Below, one piece after another: positions 61,004 through 64,000 of a stretch of DNA of 64,000 nucleotides. The translations under genes and the position numbers were made by a program. The DNA lies in the NCBI GenBank assembly GCA_964499705.1, contig CAZCME010000018.1:1-64000 (forward strand). The letters run 5' to 3'. The first letter of the stretch is position 1; each line of letters starts with the position of its first letter. The stretch is from an uncultured bacterium. Lineage in GTDB: Bacteria; UBA8481. Below the pieces are notes generated by a model. The model worked only from the letters and a program-made list of their open reading frames with translations. It was not told where the DNA came from and did no database searches.

Positions 61004-62315
61004 TAGTCTCCTCTATCGATTCCTTCAATATCCCGCACATCTCTCTTAATTCTTTTTCTGTGGACGATAGAGGCGGCATGAAGACGATGACGTCGCCGAG
61101 AGGCCGGATGATCATGCCGCGCCGGCGGGCTTCAAGAATCACCTGGTGGCCCTTGCGCTCCGCGGGATCGAACGAGCGCTTCGTATGTCTGTCCGCCACC
61201 AGCTCGATTCCCACCATCATCCCGCACTGACGGATCTCTCCGACGTGCTCGTGATCCGCGAGCGATTTCAACTCCTCGCGTACGAGCATGATCTTGTCTC
61301 CCAGGGTCTCCAGGGTTTTCTCCGCAGCGAAAACATCCAGCGACGCCAGGGCCGCCGCGCAGGCCAGGGCGTTGCCGGTGTAGGTATGTCCATGGAGAAA
61401 ATGCCGGAACTCCTCGTGCCTGCCGAGGAACGACTCGTAGATCTCGCTCGTGAAGCAGGCGGCTGACAACGGCAGATACCCGGCCGTGATCCCCTTTCCC
61501 AGCACCAGCACATCCGGCCGGACGTCGTCATGCTCCACGGCAAACATCCGCCCCGTCCTTCCGAATCCCGTCGCCACTTCGTCGGCGATGAAGAGCACGT
61601 CCTGCTCGCGGGCTTTTCTCCGGACGGCCGCGAGAAATCCCGGAGGCTGAACGATCATCCCAGCGGCTCCCTGGACCATCGGCTCGATGATGACCGCGAC
61701 GATTTCATCCGCGTGTCCGGCGAGCAGCTCGTCGAAAGCCGCCAGCGATTCCTCCGCGCACCGATCGTTCGGCCAGCGATACGTGTACGGCGACGGCGCG
61801 AAGAGCGTTTCGAAGAGGAGCGGCTTGAAGATCGAATGGAAGATATCGATTCCCCCGACGGAGACCGCGCCGAGGGTATCTCCATGATACGAGTTCCTGA
61901 ACGCGACGAACTTCGTCCTCTTCGATCCGTGAGTCCGTTGCATGTATTGGAAAGCGACCTTCATCGCGATCTCGACGGCGGCCGCTCCGGAATCGGCGTA
62001 GAAAACATGAGGCATGCCCGCCAGGTCGGCGAGCCGCTCCGCGAGCCGGATGGAAGGAACGGACCCGAGTCCCAGCAGCGTGGAGTGCGCGACGCGATCC
62101 AGCTGATCCCGGATCGCCGCGTCGATCCGCGGATGCCGGTGGCCGTGGACGTTGCACCACAGGGAGGATACGCCGTCGAAATATTGTCGGCCCTCCGTAT
62201 CGTACAGGCGGACGCCCTCCCCACGTTCGATAATCGGAGCATTTTCCTCGGCGTAAGCCTGCATCTGCGTGAATGGATGCCAGAGGGTGGAATGATCGAT
62301 GCGGCGGAGCTGCAT
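60987..62315 (-). CDS. bioA: Adenosylmethionine--8-amino-7-oxononanoate aminotransferase
   Basis: WHPFTQM, DGVSSLW.N.HGH, YHGDT.GA.S, EP.VQGAAGM, DEVATGFGRTG, KG.T.GYLP, HGH.YTGN, RPLG. Confidence 0.95.
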   Translation of the reverse strand: MQLRRIDHSTLWHPFTQMQAYAEENAPIIERGEGVRLYDTEGRQYFDGVSSLWCNVHGHRHPRIDAAIRDQLDRVAHSTLLGLGSVPSIRLAERLADLAGMPHVFYADSGAAAVEIAMKVAFQYMQRTHGSKRTKFVAFRNSYHGDTLGAVSVGGIDIFHSIFKPLLFETLFAPSPYTYRWPNDRCAEESLAAFDELLAGHADEIVAVIIEPMVQGAAGMIVQPPGFLAAVRRKAREQDVLFIADEVATGFGRTGRMFAVEHDDVRPDVLVLGKGITAGYLPLSAACFTSEIYESFLGRHEEFRHFLHGHTYTGNALACAAALASLDVFAAEKTLETLGDKIMLVREELKSLADHEHVGEIRQCGMMVGIELVADRHTKRSFDPAERKGHQVILEARRRGMIIRPLGDVIVFMPPLSSTEKELREMCGILKESIEETKIPKS

Positions 62316-62317
62316 GA

Positions 62318-64000
62318 TCAGCGCAGCGGGATGACTCTCAGCGTGGCTCGCTTGGATGTGAAGTTCACTTTCTCCTGCGTGAAGAAAACGGCCTCCTGGC
62401 CTCGGGAGAGAGGATTGGCGATCGTGAAGCCCTTGATGATGCCGTTGAAGGTTCGGCTCTTCCATCGCTCGGAGAGTGCTCCGCCGGAAAACGTCAGCGC
62501 CACGATCCGTCCGGTCTTGTATTGCTGAATATTGGCCAGGCGGATGAATCCGGGCGACGATCCGCCCTCGAAGAGGTTCTGCACGACGAGAAGTTCCTCC
62601 ACGCCGTCGCCGTCGAGGTCGGCCGTCGCGATTCCCGTCTTCTCCTCGATCGTGGTGCGCTTGTCCGCCGATTCGATCTTCACGTCGGACCCGCCGTAGA
62701 AATCCGTGCCGGTCCAGACGATGTCGCCGGACTGGTTGTAGAGCCGGAGCTTATTCTCGTAATCGATGGAGGCGGTAAAGCCCGTGGTGCCGAGGGGTGC
62801 GAAATCGTAAACCGTGACCTGCGGCGGCAGACCGGCCGATGTGCCGGCCAATTTTCCGCCGTTGATCCTGTACTTCAGGATGCCTCGCTCGAAGGGCCTG
62901 TTGGAGCCGTACCGCTGGCCATAGAGGGCCGGTTGCCCGAGAGTCTTCATCGCCCGGAGAAACACATCGGACTCATGATGGAATTTCTCCAGCTTGCCGT
63001 TCGTCCAGCGGTACGCGGTGGAGCGGACATAGTTGCCGGGTTTCTCGATCACATAGATCTCCGCCTTGCCGTCGCCGTCGAGATCGCACGCCGTCAGGTG
63101 AAAGATGAGCGACGCCCAGCCCGTGGAACTCTTGCCGATCTCCTCGAGCGCGCCGTTCGCCTTGATGTGGTAGAAGTGGAGCGTTTTGTTCTCCGCGATG
63201 ATGATCTCATCGACGCCGTCGCCGTCGATATCGCCCGCCGTCAGATCGATGGGAACGTACGGGAGAGGCGCGGATATTTCGCCGGAATCGTGCGTGGCGA
63301 TGCGCTCGAAGGAGGAAGGGCCTGAGACATTCGGCGCGGCGACAGGTTGCGTCGCGACGACGGATGGCGTCATTTTTTCATCGGCCAGGTTCTTCATGTC
63401 GTCCGGCACCGGAATACGGAACGATTTCACGACCGCGGCCGACGACGTGTTCACGATCGATACCTCTATCTCGTCGCCCTCGACGCGCCCCATGACGGAA
63501 AGAGTGGCTTCCGGAAAACCGGCGGCCATGGTCGCCGCGGAGGAGACGGTTCCGTAATGAGACGGGCCGAGCTTCACGCTGGCACCCGGAATCCTGCTGA
63601 GCAGATCCGCCAGTTCGGCGTCGACGGCTTCCGTCAGCTTGGAGGGCGCGCCATCGGCATGCCGGATCGGATGGCGTACGATGACGGGTTCTTCGACAAG
63701 CCGCGCGGTGTCCTTGACGCGGATGCCGCCCTCGACGGGTGTCCCCAGAATTTTCGCGCGCGAAAATCCCGACTGGATCCACGTGATCTGGACCTCCGCG
63801 ACGCGCGTCGTCGCCTTGCCCAGGACCTCCCCGGTGACAGGATGCTTGATCTCCGCGCCGGGTCTCTCAACGACATACTTCTTCCCGACCGCCGCGCCGT
63901 TTTCCTTCGTGATGTCGAGATAGACTTCCTTCTCCTGGACGAAAATGACAAGCGCCTCCCGTGGAAGCGCCTCCTGCACGGCCTGCTGAATCCGCGCGGC
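62318..64000 (-). CDS. Exported FG-GAP/VCBS-repeat protein with an N-terminal FlgT-C-like beta domain (5' end outside the window)
   Basis: GDIDGDGVDEI, CDLDGDGKAEI, ADLDGDGVEEL; N-terminal HPVTGEVLG motif. Confidence 0.75.
   Translation of the reverse strand, partial: AARIQQAVQEALPREALVIFVQEKEVYLDITKENGAAVGKKYVVERPGAEIKHPVTGEVLGKATTRVAEVQITWIQSGFSRAKILGTPVEGGIRVKDTARLVEEPVIVRHPIRHADGAPSKLTEAVDAELADLLSRIPGASVKLGPSHYGTVSSAATMAAGFPEATLSVMGRVEGDEIEVSIVNTSSAAVVKSFRIPVPDDMKNLADEKMTPSVVATQPVAAPNVSGPSSFERIATHDSGEISAPLPYVPIDLTAGDIDGDGVDEIIIAENKTLHFYHIKANGALEEIGKSSTGWASLIFHLTACDLDGDGKAEIYVIEKPGNYVRSTAYRWTNGKLEKFHHESDVFLRAMKTLGQPALYGQRYGSNRPFERGILKYRINGGKLAGTSAGLPPQVTVYDFAPLGTTGFTASIDYENKLRLYNQSGDIVWTGTDFYGGSDVKIESADKRTTIEEKTGIATADLDGDGVEELLVVQNLFEGGSSPGFIRLANIQQYKTGRIVALTFSGGALSERWKSRTFNGIIKGFTIANPLSRGQEAVFFTQEKVNFTSKRATLRVIPLR

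Overview
GC-rich chromosomal window from a diderm bacterium (TolC- and OmpA-family genes); I cannot assign the taxon from sequence alone. Most of it is housekeeping: folD-moeA, prs, queE, gap-pgk-tpiA-gpmI, an XPB helicase pair, nnr, tRNA-Arg(TCT), nusA-infB-DUF503-rbfA-DHH-truB-ribF, yicC-gmk-rpoZ-coaBC and bioA. The standout is an intact 642-aa reverse transcriptase (YVDD) with C-terminal HEAT-like repeats (UG/Abi-like). It lies outside any defence island, overlaps a nucleotidyltransferase-only GlmU upstream of prs, and faces queE head-to-head across a palindromic repeat. Other unusual items: a diguanylate cyclase fused to a CBM48-like glycogen-binding domain, a 61-aa stand-alone HisKA-like protein beside a sigma-54 cassette, a Gre-factor tip-only protein, NusA with an extra C-terminal domain and an upstream uORF where rimP usually lies, a deletion-riddled moeA duplicate flanking an amber-interrupted PIN toxin cassette, and many intergenic palindromes built from 7-9-mer repeats. 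Some of these palindromes supply stop codons or outward-facing -10-like boxes. No CRISPR array, rRNA, transposase or integrase was seen. Family assignments come from motif recognition by eye, not database searches.
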